Source: Octopus vulgaris (Eukaryota). From it: a stretch of DNA of 64,000 bases. Position 1 is the stretch's first letter, and every line of letters starts with the position of its first letter. The stretch is taken from contig OX597815.1 of assembly GCA_951406725.2 (NCBI GenBank), positions 182,466,001 through 182,530,000 of the forward strand, read 5' to 3'. Below the pieces are notes generated by a model. That model saw only the letters and a program-made list of their open reading frames with translations, did not search any database and had not been told where the DNA came from. Shown piece after piece: positions 11,906 to 22,175 of the stretch. Made by a program: the position numbers and the translations under genes.

Positions 11906-14233
11906 TTATTGCTTATTTAGCTTGGGTTCGAATTTATCAATAAAATTCTTTTCTCTGATTTTCCTCTCGATTTCACTTGGGCTGTGTAATTTGTAGAATG
12001 GAAATATTATATATATTTTCCGACCACATGTTGCTAGGTGGTTACTCAAAGGTATCTGACGGACCTCTGGGTCTCTAATCTGTTGCCGGTGTACACGTGA
12101 GCGTTCTAATAGTGCGTTTCCCGTCTGACCTACATATATTTCTTCACAATTTGGGCATTTGATGCAGTAAATTAAATTTCTGCTTTTGCAGTTCATATTC
12201 GCGTTTGTGAATATTTTCCCGGTTTTTGTGTTTATATATTGACCGGTATGTATGAATTGGCATGTGCCACATCGGCTATCATTGCATTTAGATACCGTGA
12301 ATGTTTGGTCTTTGTTGCTGAGGTCAAATTTTGCCTTTGTTAGTAATGTTTTCAAGTTTTTAGGCTGTCTTTTACTAAGCACCATAGCTCGATCCTTGAT
12401 TATGTCTTTTAATTCATTACTTTGGGCAATGATTGGTAGGTTTGCTTTGGCAATGTTGAAGATATTCTGGTGACATGGGTTGTGTGTCACTATGAATGGT
12501 ATGACTTGTTCTTGTTTTCCTCTTCCTTGGGTTGTCCTAAGTTGTTGTATAGGTATTTTTATAGCCCGCTGTATGCCATTTTCTATAAGTAGAGATGGGT
12601 ATTTTTGTTTGAGCAAAAATTCTCTTAGTTCTATTAGGCGTTTGTTCCTGATATTTGCATCTTCTACAATAGTACAAATTCTTCTGGCTAGGCAGTATGG
12701 GATGTTACGTTTTGTATGTGGTGGATGGCACGACTTAAAATTTAGGTATTGATGTGTGTCTGTGTGTTTATAGTATATATCTGTGGTGATGGTGGTGTCT
12801 TTTTTAATTACCATTATATCCAGGAATGGTAATTTGGTACTACTCATCTCCTTTGTAAATTTGAGAGATGGGTGTAGGTTGTTCAGGAGGATATTGAACT
12901 CTTCCAGAGTATTTAGAGATTCTGTCCAGATTATGAAACAGTCGTCTAGGTATCTCTTCCATGCCTTTTCAATATACTTTCTAAATCCAGTGCCATAGTT
13001 TACCTCCACCTCTTGGTAGAGTTGTTCTTCTAAGTATCCCATTACAGAGTTGGCGTAAACGGGAGCAAACCTCGTTCCCATCGCCGTGCCTCTAATTTGG
13101 ATGTAATTCTTTCCATTGAAGAAGAATGTGTTATTTTCTAGAATAAGTTTGACTGTGTCTAATATAAATGGCACTGTGAATCTGCTGGGAATCACTTCTC
13201 TATGTTTTTCTAACCAGTATTTAATCGCCTTTATTCCTAAATCGTGTGGAATATTGGTGTAGAGGCTTACCACATCAAAACTTAGTAAAACTGAATTTGT
13301 TTCTGTTGTTTTGGGAAGATGGGACAGGAAGTCGATGTCATCCCTGATGAAACTTGGTATGTAAGTACATAGTGGTTTCAAAACAATGTCAATAAAATTG
13401 CTTAGACGGTGTGTAGGGCATGCTGGACCAGCTATAATAGGTCTAAGTTTTAGGTCTTTTGGATGTAATAATTTTATGTACTCACTTTCTTGTTCTTTTA
13501 CTGCCTGTTGAATGTTTTTTGATTTGTGTATTTTTGGTAAGCCGTAGAAGTTGCTGGGTTTTGGTTCAAAATTGGTGATGTAGTCTTTTTCATTATCCGT
13601 AAGTGAGTTGTGGTGTGTTGAAATCAGGTTGTTGATCTTTTTCATGATGTGGTGGTCTATATTTGCGGGTATTTCACAATAGAAGGTTGTATCCTTCAGT
13701 TGGTCTTCAACCAAATCCTTATAGTATTCGGTATCCATAATAACAATTGCACCACCTTTATCTGCTTGTTTAATTATTATTGTTTGATCGTTTTGTATAC
13801 GTTTACATGCAGACATCTCTGATTTGCTAATGTTTGGCCTAACATTGGTATTGCGTCTAAGGGGAAATTTAGACAGGATATCAATGTATTGGTCAAGGTA
13901 GTTATTTCTTCCTTTTGGTGGGGTGAAATTTGATTTATTCCTTACTAGGGATTCATCAATCTCATTACTTTTGTTAGCGAAGAATTCTACAAGTCGTAAT
14001 TTTCGACAGAATTTTTGGATATCCTCCTTTAATTCTTGGTGGTTGGCTGTTGGTGTAGGTGTGAATTTCAGTCCTTTTGACAGAAGTTGGATTTCATCAT
14101 CGTCAAGATCTCTTTTTGATAAATTAATTATTTTAGGATCTATACGTTCAGTTGTTTGGGGTATGTTTCCTCTTGGATTTTTTCTTTCTCCGGTGTTTGT
14201 TGTCCTGACGTAAAAAAATGGATTTTTTTCTGG
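11906..14233 (-). CDS. PLE reverse transcriptase + GIY-YIG endonuclease; open frame of 775 codons, first ATG at 13816
   Basis: IINLS..LLSKGLKF N-terminal motif upstream of the ATG; ADKGG, FYGLPKIHK, SFDVVSLYTNIP, GTAMG, RYLDD, LPFLD; Cys linker KCNDSRCGTC; LIYCIKCPNC..YVGQTG; bounded by TAA at 14234-14236. Confidence 0.92.
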   Translation of the reverse strand, partial: PEKNPFFYVRTTNTGERKNPRGNIPQTTERIDPKIINLSKRDLDDDEIQLLSKGLKFTPTPTANHQELKEDIQKFCRKLRLVEFFANKSNEIDESLVRNKSNFTPPKGRNNYLDQYIDILSKFPLRRNTNVRPNISKSEMSACKRIQNDQTIIIKQADKGGAIVIMDTEYYKDLVEDQLKDTTFYCEIPANIDHHIMKKINNLISTHHNSLTDNEKDYITNFEPKPSNFYGLPKIHKSKNIQQAVKEQESEYIKLLHPKDLKLRPIIAGPACPTHRLSNFIDIVLKPLCTYIPSFIRDDIDFLSHLPKTTETNSVLLSFDVVSLYTNIPHDLGIKAIKYWLEKHREVIPSRFTVPFILDTVKLILENNTFFFNGKNYIQIRGTAMGTRFAPVYANSVMGYLEEQLYQEVEVNYGTGFRKYIEKAWKRYLDDCFIIWTESLNTLEEFNILLNNLHPSLKFTKEMSSTKLPFLDIMVIKKDTTITTDIYYKHTDTHQYLNFKSCHPPHTKRNIPYCLARRICTIVEDANIRNKRLIELREFLLKQKYPSLLIENGIQRAIKIPIQQLRTTQGRGKQEQVIPFIVTHNPCHQNIFNIAKANLPIIAQSNELKDIIKDRAMVLSKRQPKNLKTLLTKAKFDLSNKDQTFTVSKCNDSRCGTCQFIHTGQYINTKTGKIFTNANMNCKSRNLIYCIKCPNCEEIYVGQTGNALLERSRVHRQQIRDPEVRQIPLSNHLATCGRKIYIIFPFYKLHSPSEIERKIREKNFIDKFEPKLNKQ

Positions 14234-15009
14234 TTATGATTTATATTCCTGTTGATGTTTGCTTGATGAATTTTGCGTTTTGGTTGTGGTACTTTACTTG
14301 GTTTCGTTATGTTTTCTGTCTTGTTTTTGGTATTATGTATGCTACTTTTCAATTTCTTGTTAGCATTGTTTTTAACCACCTGGAGAAATGATCTGGGTTT
14401 ACTTCTAGATCTAGATCGGTTTTTTGTCCAGTTTCTTGTGGGTAATCTCTGTTGAGGTCTTGAAAATGATCTCCTGTTATTTCTACTGCTAATGGTCTGT
14501 TCAAAACAATATCTATTTTGTTTGTGCTTTTTGTTCATGTTGTGTGCATTAGGGTGTTTGCATACAAAATGGGAAGAGTTCTTACCGTAGTTCGTCTTCG
14601 ATTCGTGGTGAAACGGGTGTTCATGTTGCCACGTGTTCTGGTGTATGTTGCGTTGGTGAGGTTGTCCACTTTTAATGCTATTTCTCGGAGTTCTGGTGTC
14701 TTTACCGTAATTTGTAGCATATTTGTCGAGAAATAATTGTTTCCGCTGCCAAAACTTTCTTGATCTGCTTTCTTCTTTTGAGATATCTCTGATCCATAGT
14801 TCTCGCATTTTTTCTGCTATATTGCCGGTCGTTAGTTTGGATATTTCATCTCTGATTTGATCATCGATAGCTTCGTATTTGGCTTTGTAGCGGGATTGTT
14901 TAGACAGGGTTATGGAGATGTCGGTCCTGAATTTTATCAAACTAAGGTCCCATCGAAGTTTAGTTTCTTCCTCTGGTTCTCCTGCAATTTCTTTAATTAG
15001 GTACTTCCG
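14140..15009 (-). CDS. PLE upstream ORF (helical N-part, basic RS-rich C-part), 5'-truncated at the inversion junction
   Basis: Track ORF 14140-14940 stays open to the junction (RKYLIKEIAGEPEEETKLRWDLS...); overlaps the RT frame by 94 nt. Confidence 0.75.
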   Translation of the reverse strand, partial: RKYLIKEIAGEPEEETKLRWDLSLIKFRTDISITLSKQSRYKAKYEAIDDQIRDEISKLTTGNIAEKMRELWIRDISKEESRSRKFWQRKQLFLDKYATNYGKDTRTPRNSIKSGQPHQRNIHQNTWQHEHPFHHESKTNYGKNSSHFVCKHPNAHNMNKKHKQNRYCFEQTISSRNNRRSFSRPQQRLPTRNWTKNRSRSRSKPRSFLQVVKNNANKKLKSSIHNTKNKTENITKPSKVPQPKRKIHQANINRNINHNQKKIHFFTSGQQTPEKEKIQEETYPKQLNV

Positions 15010-16563
15010 AAAGACCTAAAACTTAGACCTATTATAGCTGGTCCAGCATGCCCTACACACCGTCTAAGCAATTTTATTGACATTGTTTTGAAACCACTAT
15101 GTACTTACATACCAAGTTTCATCAGGGATGACATCGACTTCCTGTCCCATCTTCCCAAAACAACAGAAACAAATTCAGTTTTACTAAGTTTTGATGTGGT
15201 AAGCCTCTACACCAATATTCCACACGATTTAGGAATAAAGGCGATTAAATACTGGTTAGAAAAACATAGAGAAGTGATTCCCAGCAGATTCACAGTGCCA
15301 TTTATATTAGACACAGTCAAACTTATTCTAGAAAATAACACATTCTTCTTCAATGGAAAGAATTACATCCAAATTAGAGGCACGGCGATGGGAACGAGGT
15401 TTGCTCCCGTTTACGCCAACTCTGTAATGGGATACTTAGAAGAACAACTCTACCAAGAGGTGGAGGTAAACTATGGCACTGGATTTAGAAAGTATATTGA
15501 AAAGGCATGGAAGAGATACCTAGACGACTGTTTCATAATCTGGACAGAATCTCTAAATACTCTGGAAGAGTTCAATATCCTCCTGAACAACCTACACCCA
15601 TCTCTCAAATTTACAAAGGAGATGAGTAGTACCAAATTACCATTCCTGGATATAATGGTAATTAAAAAAGACACCACCATCACCACAGATATATACTATA
15701 AACACACAGACACACATCAATACCTAAATTTTAAGTCGTGCCATCCACCACATACAAAACGTAACATCCCATACTGCCTAGCCAGAAGAATTTGTACTAT
15801 TGTAGAAGATGCAAATATCAGGAACAAACGCCTAATAGAACTAAGAGAATTTTTGCTCAAACAAAAATACCCATCTCTACTTATAGAAAATGGCATACAG
15901 CGGGCTATAAAAATACCTATACAACAACTTAGGACAACCCAAGGAAGAGGAAAACAAGAACAAGTCATACCATTCATAGTGACACACAACCCATGTCACC
16001 AGAATATCTTCAACATTGCCAAAGCAAACCTACCAATCATTGCCCAAAGTAATGAATTAAAAGACATAATCAAGGATCGAGCTATGGTGCTTAGTAAAAG
16101 ACAGCCTAAAAACTTGAAAACATTACTAACAAAGGCAAAATTTGACCTCAGCAACAAAGACCAAACATTCACGGTATCTAAATGCAATGATAGCCGATGT
16201 GGCACATGCCAATTCATACATACCGGTCAATATATAAACACAAAAACCGGGAAAATATTCACAAACGCGAATATGAACTGCAAAAGCAGAAATTTAATTT
16301 ACTGCATCAAATGCCCAAATTGTGAAGAAATATATGTAGGTCAGACGGGAAACGCACTATTAGAACGCTCACGTGTACACCGGCAACAGATTAGAGACCC
16401 AGAGGTCCGTCAGATACCTTTGAGTAACCACCTAGCAACATGTGGTCGGAAAATATATATAATATTTCCATTCTACAAATTACACAGCCCAAGTGAAATC
16501 GAGAGGAAAATCAGAGAAAAGAATTTTATTGATAAATTCGAACCCAAGCTAAATAAGCAATAA
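15010..16563 (+). CDS. 5'-truncated inverted copy of PLE RT/GIY-YIG ORF
   Basis: 491-aa track ORF identical to the C-terminal part of the minus-strand protein. Confidence 0.85.
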   Translation, partial: KDLKLRPIIAGPACPTHRLSNFIDIVLKPLCTYIPSFIRDDIDFLSHLPKTTETNSVLLSFDVVSLYTNIPHDLGIKAIKYWLEKHREVIPSRFTVPFILDTVKLILENNTFFFNGKNYIQIRGTAMGTRFAPVYANSVMGYLEEQLYQEVEVNYGTGFRKYIEKAWKRYLDDCFIIWTESLNTLEEFNILLNNLHPSLKFTKEMSSTKLPFLDIMVIKKDTTITTDIYYKHTDTHQYLNFKSCHPPHTKRNIPYCLARRICTIVEDANIRNKRLIELREFLLKQKYPSLLIENGIQRAIKIPIQQLRTTQGRGKQEQVIPFIVTHNPCHQNIFNIAKANLPIIAQSNELKDIIKDRAMVLSKRQPKNLKTLLTKAKFDLSNKDQTFTVSKCNDSRCGTCQFIHTGQYINTKTGKIFTNANMNCKSRNLIYCIKCPNCEEIYVGQTGNALLERSRVHRQQIRDPEVRQIPLSNHLATCGRKIYIIFPFYKLHSPSEIERKIREKNFIDKFEPKLNKQ

Positions 16564-16880
16564 TAATAATACTTAGAGGTATTACTTCCACTGCTACGAC
16601 CATGACCACTAACAACAACAACAATACTAAAGGTGATCAAGACGAAGATAGCAGGAAAATTATCTTATTTAGGGTTAAAAGTTCTATTGCCACCACCATC
16701 ACCACTAGCAACAATAATTAAGGTGCTGACAATGATGATGATGACAATTGAAATATAAAAATATAAAAATCTCTGACAAAGGATATTTACAACATTTCTA
16801 AAAATAACCCAACAATTGCTGCTTCGGCCAGGGTCAAGATACAGGACTCTTGACCTGTCCAACAAAGCGTGATGCCTAAA

Positions 16881-16994
16881 CCAATCAGCTCAACCAACCA
16901 ATCAGCTTAAGTAATTGAGTGATACTACACACTGATTGGTCAGAATACAGTTTGCAAAACCTAGCACTCTGGAGCCTACCCAGCTGTATTTATA
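16881..16994 (+). promoter_or_regulatory. Putative Pol II promoter in pLTR (three CCAAT boxes and a TATA-like box); mirrored at 11475-11588 on minus
   Basis: ccaatcagct at 16881 and 16898, reverse ctgattgg at ~16932, tatttata at 16987-16994, ~65 nt upstream of the hammerhead. Confidence 0.5.
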
Positions 16995-17057
16995 GCACAG
17001 AATCACTCATCTTGCTACAGTCAAAAATTGTGAAGCATGACTGTCAACACTACTACA

Positions 17058-17102
17058 TGAACCCGAAGATTGCAGAATTCAATGCATGAAAGTACTAGTT
17101 CA
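17058..17102 (+). ncRNA. PLE pLTR minimal hammerhead (CCGAAGA variant)
   Basis: tgaac-CCGAAGA-t-tgca(gaattcaa)tgca-t-GAAA-gtac-TA-gttca; stem I tgaac/gttca; palindromic AGTACT. Confidence 0.65.
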
Positions 17103-17279
17103 ATCAGAATGAATATTTAACATTCTACTATTTCATTTTATTTTATTCAATTATAATATATTATCTTATAATATATCATTATAAGATTGTAAATAAAACG
17201 TGAAAATCAGACAAGGTTGGAATTCTTTTTATTAATATATTCTTCTATACACAATCACACACACCCATATATATATATA

Positions 17280-17324
<45 letters not shown>

Positions 17325-17337
17325 CTTTTTGATATTA

Positions 17338-17356
17338 ACTATTATTATTATTATTA

Positions 17357-17417
<61 letters not shown>

Positions 17418-17418
17418 C

Positions 17419-17450
<32 letters not shown>

Positions 17451-17490
17451 CGTTATTATTATTATTATTATTATGATTATTGTTATTATA
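17338..17490. repeat. (TTA)n microsatellite
   Basis: Direct reading. Confidence 0.95.
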
Positions 17491-17769
17491 TATACTCTCT
17501 CTCACTCTTATTCTCTTATTCTCTTCTATATTATTACTCTGTTTTATTTGTCTTGAATGAAAATTAATAGACAGTATATACTGGAACACTATGTTTGTCA
17601 AAATTTTTCACAAAACGTTTTGAAAGATATCTCGCAATTCTAAATATTATGGATCATAAAATATAATTCATTGTTTATTTTGCATTTAAATTTGTTGATA
17701 TTTATAAACAAAATCCAAGTAGTATACTCCTTGAATGGGAGAGCATATTTTATTGTTTCATTATATATA

Positions 17770-18294
17770 TATTATATTAAATTAGAGACAAAACCACTAT
17801 TAGGCAAATCAAACAATGAAAGACTTAAGCCAATACATATGATTAATTTATATTATTTAAATATGTAACAAAATTATCAAAAAATATAATTAATATCCCA
17901 CTACGATCGTTTCCTGCCTGCTGTCTTCAAATTTTTGAGTCGCAGTCATTCATCAGGTGGTTTAAATATCTAAAATATAATCAATATTTTTAAGATATAG
18001 ATAATATATATAATATAAAATAATAATTTACTTATAATAAACTCTATTATTAAATATGATTATATCGAAATCGACTATAATGTTAAATATTAACTTTAAT
18101 TTATAAGGTAGAAAACCCATATTCTAATATCAATATTAGTCTATATCTAATTACATAAATATTTAAGATGACTAATATATATAAATTATCAATGAAAATA
18201 TATATAAATATTATAATCAAGATCTAAAATAATCTCTATAAATAATTGTATATAATGAAAACCTAAAAAATTTAATTTTTCATGTTTAAAGATG

Positions 18295-18295
<1 letters not shown>
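17770..18295 (-). mobile_element. AT-rich hammerhead-bearing pLTR-like repeat
   Basis: Contains canonical hammerhead; bounded by AT repeats. Confidence 0.55.
17898..17960 (-). ncRNA. Type I hammerhead ribozyme, canonical core
   Basis: Minus strand ccac-CTGATGA-a-tgactgc...gcaggca-g-GAAA-cgatcg-TA-gtgg; stem I ccac/gtgg. Confidence 0.75.
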
Positions 18296-18352
<57 letters not shown>

Positions 18353-18357
18353 GCACA

Positions 18358-19075
18358 CGAGTAGGTTCCCAAAAGTAACCGGAAATGAGTGACGCTCGTT
18401 GTAGTTAAGGCTTCCGCTGCTAGAAGTCGCTTGATGCGACACTAAGACATCCGTCTGCCGATCAGAGAAGCAAAGCGGTAATCGAGATAATGGAAGCATT
18501 CATTGTCACCACACCCCAAAATAGTGTGTCCAGTGAAGTCCAATGTCAAAACGAAGCTGATTTATTTCACCGATATGAAAGGAATCGTTCACACAGTATT
18601 TGTTCAAACTGTTAACCAAACATTTTACTTGGTATTTCTGAAGCGTTTGCGAGATACGGTGAGACGAAAATGCCTCGACCAGTGGCAAAGTGAAGAATGA
18701 TGCTTTCATAACGACAATACACCTTCGCCCATCGCCTTGAATGTGAGACAGTTTGTGACCAAAAATGGCCCTGAGCCCGTTTATCCACACTCTCTCTTCA
18801 CCTTATATTGCTCCCTGAAATTGGTTTTTGTTCCCCCGAATGTAAACAATCCTAAAGGGAAACGTTTTGTAGATGTGACAAAGGTGATTAAAACGACGGA
18901 AGCCTTAAAAGGCATCCCTTCGCAAGAGTTCTAGAACTGCTTCTAACAATGGAAAACTCGTCTTGACTTATACTTCAAATGGAGAAAACTTTGAAGGTGA
19001 TAAATGTGTAAACATATAAAACTAAGTGAATGAAATAATATTACAAAATTCCAGTTTCTTTTTGGTGTCTCCTCG
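18358..19075 (+). mobile_element. Internally deleted, decayed mariner transposon
   Basis: KSNVKTKLIYFTDMKGIVH..QTVNQTFY...LKRLR, HNDNT, KGKRF..V; diverged TIRs cgagtaggttcccaaaagtaaccggaa / ttccagtttctttttggtgtctcctcg|ta. Confidence 0.8.
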
Positions 19076-19654
19076 TATATGAACCATGATAAAATTAGCT
19101 CTTCCATTCATAGAGTATACAAGTTGAACAAATTTCAATTCTAAATAAGCAATAAATAATATTTTATGATCCATAATGTTTAGAATTTAGAAACTTTTTT
19201 GTGAGAAATGTTAACTAGCACAGTGTTCCAGCACATACTGTCTATTAATTTTCATTCGAGACAGATAAGAGTGAACGTGTGTGTCAGGCTGTGAGAAAGA
19301 AATCTCCGAGAGACACAGAGACAGAGTTGAGGAAATAGTTGAAGAAAGAGAGGTGTATTAAGGAGAACTTAAAGGGGTGATCCTTCACGAATCAACTCTT
19401 TTAGAACTAAAGGTTCCCCCCACCGCCATCTACTTTCTTGAATTCTCCCAATTTTTTTCGTGGAAATTACAGTCCCAGGATATTTCTTCAGTAATAAGTG
19501 TAAGATGGTTTTGGAATTCTGAGCAGATTTGGGAAAAGAGTTATTGAAACCGACGAAGTTTCAGTAAGAATAACGAGTTACAACGTTATGTGAGTGTGTA
19601 TGGTTATACACACACCGATAACACCCACCCCATACGCGCGTGCACGCACACACG

Positions 19655-19655
<1 letters not shown>

Positions 19656-19727
<72 letters not shown>

Positions 19728-19743
19728 TGATAGATAGATAGAT
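19656..19743. repeat. (AGAT)n microsatellite
   Basis: Direct reading. Confidence 0.95.
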
Positions 19744-22175
19744 CGATATGTATATCGTTAGGCATGTAAAAAGACAAACAGATAGACCGATACATATACA
19801 CATTTATGTATAGACATATTTATGATTGCTTTTGTATGCAGCTTTATGTTTTCTTCATATACCAAAAAACAATAAAATGTGTGTAAGTAGGTATTAAATA
19901 TCTATTAAAGTAATTGGTCGAGATATTAAATCTAAAATTTTATTAGCGGAAAGTCTCATTTTTATGTAAGTTATGGTTTGTAGGCCTTTCATAGGAAGAG
20001 ACGAATCGAGATATCATCTTACTATAAACTCTAGGAAACAAAGTAAAGGCTGACAAACCAATAAACCAACGAATTAGAACTTGAATTACAATTTCTCTCA
20101 ATACAATAACTTTTAATGACTGGCAATATAATATTCTAATTATATCTCATAATACATAGAATTTTGAAGAACTTAATGTTTTCATAGGATATACAGCTAG
20201 AATATATTTTCAGTCTCTTTCTCAAAAAGACGAGAACATTAATATGTTAGTAACTAACTTTTATTACTTCGGGAAAATTTGTAAATTTATTACTGTACAT
20301 TTTTGCATATAATCATTTTGTTTATGTCTAGGAAACGATAATGTATTTGGTATTTACCGTCAACATTCTACAATACCTGAGAGATAAGCTCTTCAAAATT
20401 TTCTTTACCTCGATGACTGGAGGTAAATCTCTTTAAACATTACATATAAAGTCTGAAGCAATATTAATAGATGTGTAATTTACTATCTACTAATATAAAT
20501 TTTTCGGTGCCTCAGTAAATTTACATAAATGACTGTTCATATAATACTGTAATTTTGTTGTTTGATTAATTGGTGACGTGATATAACCATTAGGTGTAAA
20601 GGTTTCCTTACATTGCACGTCATCAGATTAAGTATTTCGTTGCTCCAACAAATCACACAACATTTAAATTGAGTAAAGAACCGTTAGTTCGAATATAGGG
20701 ATACAACATACTATTTACATTTAGCATTTTTGTGGGGTATGTTCTTACATCAAATCCTATGCAAAAATGCATACACTTGAAAATACCACCTTTAACATGA
20801 GAAAGCGATATTGGATATTGGATAATTCTACATAATTTTCCATAAGTCAAATTCGTGCTGATGTACGTAAGTGGTGTAACCGTTTAGTCATATGTGTGAG
20901 CGACCAGGGTGAACTAGGGGCTGTGCATCAACAGAGAAAGAGGAGGAGAAAGATACATTGAACGAAAGAGTGAATGAGTGGGCTAGATTTTAAAGTCAGA
21001 CATATTGAGTGACATAGAAGTTAAATTTGAAATGTACATTGTAAAATTATATAATATATAATAAGTTTTCATAACTTAGAAATATTGCTGTTTTGTTTCT
21101 TCAAATTTCTGTAAAACAATATGAATTTTACACTCCTCAATGCTTAACACACTTTTGACAATGCAATTTACTTTGAGATACACGTTTCCATAACTAATTC
21201 ACATTCAAAACTGCAATAAATTAATGCGAGACAAAGAAATATTAATATATAGAGACACACGTATTTGATGCAGAAATAATTGTATTGACTGTATGAATGC
21301 AATGTGTATAATGAATTTAGAACATAAAGTATTTCTTATGTATTTATTGAAATACCAGTGGGGAAGCTCTTACTCTGTCTATTAACCTGATGGTGTTGAA
21401 CCAGTTCATCAGTTATAGAAACTTTGCTGAAATATCACTATTCCACAAGTCTTTGCATACTGCCTCACGTCGTATGACAAATTGATGGGCAATTCATTGA
21501 AACAATCAAAATTCAAATCTCTATTCTACAATTTCTTTATATTTATCGAAAACAATTATTACTAATGAAATACTTATATTTTGAAATGAATTGTGCTGAA
21601 GATATAGGTTTTGAAAGATCTATTTTGCATTTATATATGCTGTAGATATTTAATGATATTCATAACAAGATGCTATATTGTTCTTAGTGGTTGTTCTACC
21701 TATTTTGCAACTGCTGGTGTTATTTCGACCCACGTCATCCCAGTTCCTTTACACATATCCTCAAATATATTGAAACCCTCACCTTCTCACTCATATTGTT
21801 TCCTTTCTTCCCTGTAGTTTCAAGGAAGTAAATTTAACGCATGACCAGGAATAAAAATAAGTTTTCGTTTGAGTGAGATGATCTATTCGTTGTATAAGCG
21901 CGTTGAGTAGAGTTCTACACTGTTATTTCATGCGAAGTCCATCATGTTTAGTTACCATCTCACTTGCTTTCACTATGACTAAATCAAGACTAAAACGTGA
22001 CTAGTCATTTTTGCATCATTGAAAGTTGAAGACGGCTAAGGTAGAATTAGAAATCCCTCGGCAAAATGGGGCAAAAATAATTATGACAAATACTAAGCGC
22101 AATTTGATGGGATCGCGGGCGTTGTTTAAAAGATACGATTCTATCATTGTTCCGTTTGATTTTTAAGGGGAGAAA

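Larger units (their letters stand above)
11229..17266. mobile_element. Penelope-like element (Neptune-type) inserted as a head-to-head inverted pair of 5'-truncated copies
   Basis: Arms 11229-13459 and 15010-17240 are reverse complements (coordinate sum 28469; ORF translations identical); (AT)n lies on both sides. Confidence 0.93.
17538..19275. mobile_element. Old palindromic (foldback/MITE-like) element split by nested insertions; arms ~17538-17765 and ~19077-19275
   Basis: gaatgaaaattaatagacagtat / atactgtctattaattttcattc and attatggatcataaaata / tattttatgatccataat are inverted matches. Confidence 0.75.

Noticed and set aside
12252-12998. Antisense ORFs within the PLE (mirrored at 15471-16217)
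   Set aside because: Short shadow frames of the RT ORF with no motifs
21592-21625. CTGAAGA-tataggtttt-GAAA-gatc-TA
   Set aside because: Core boxes and palindrome present but no stem I or stem II pairing; likely chance
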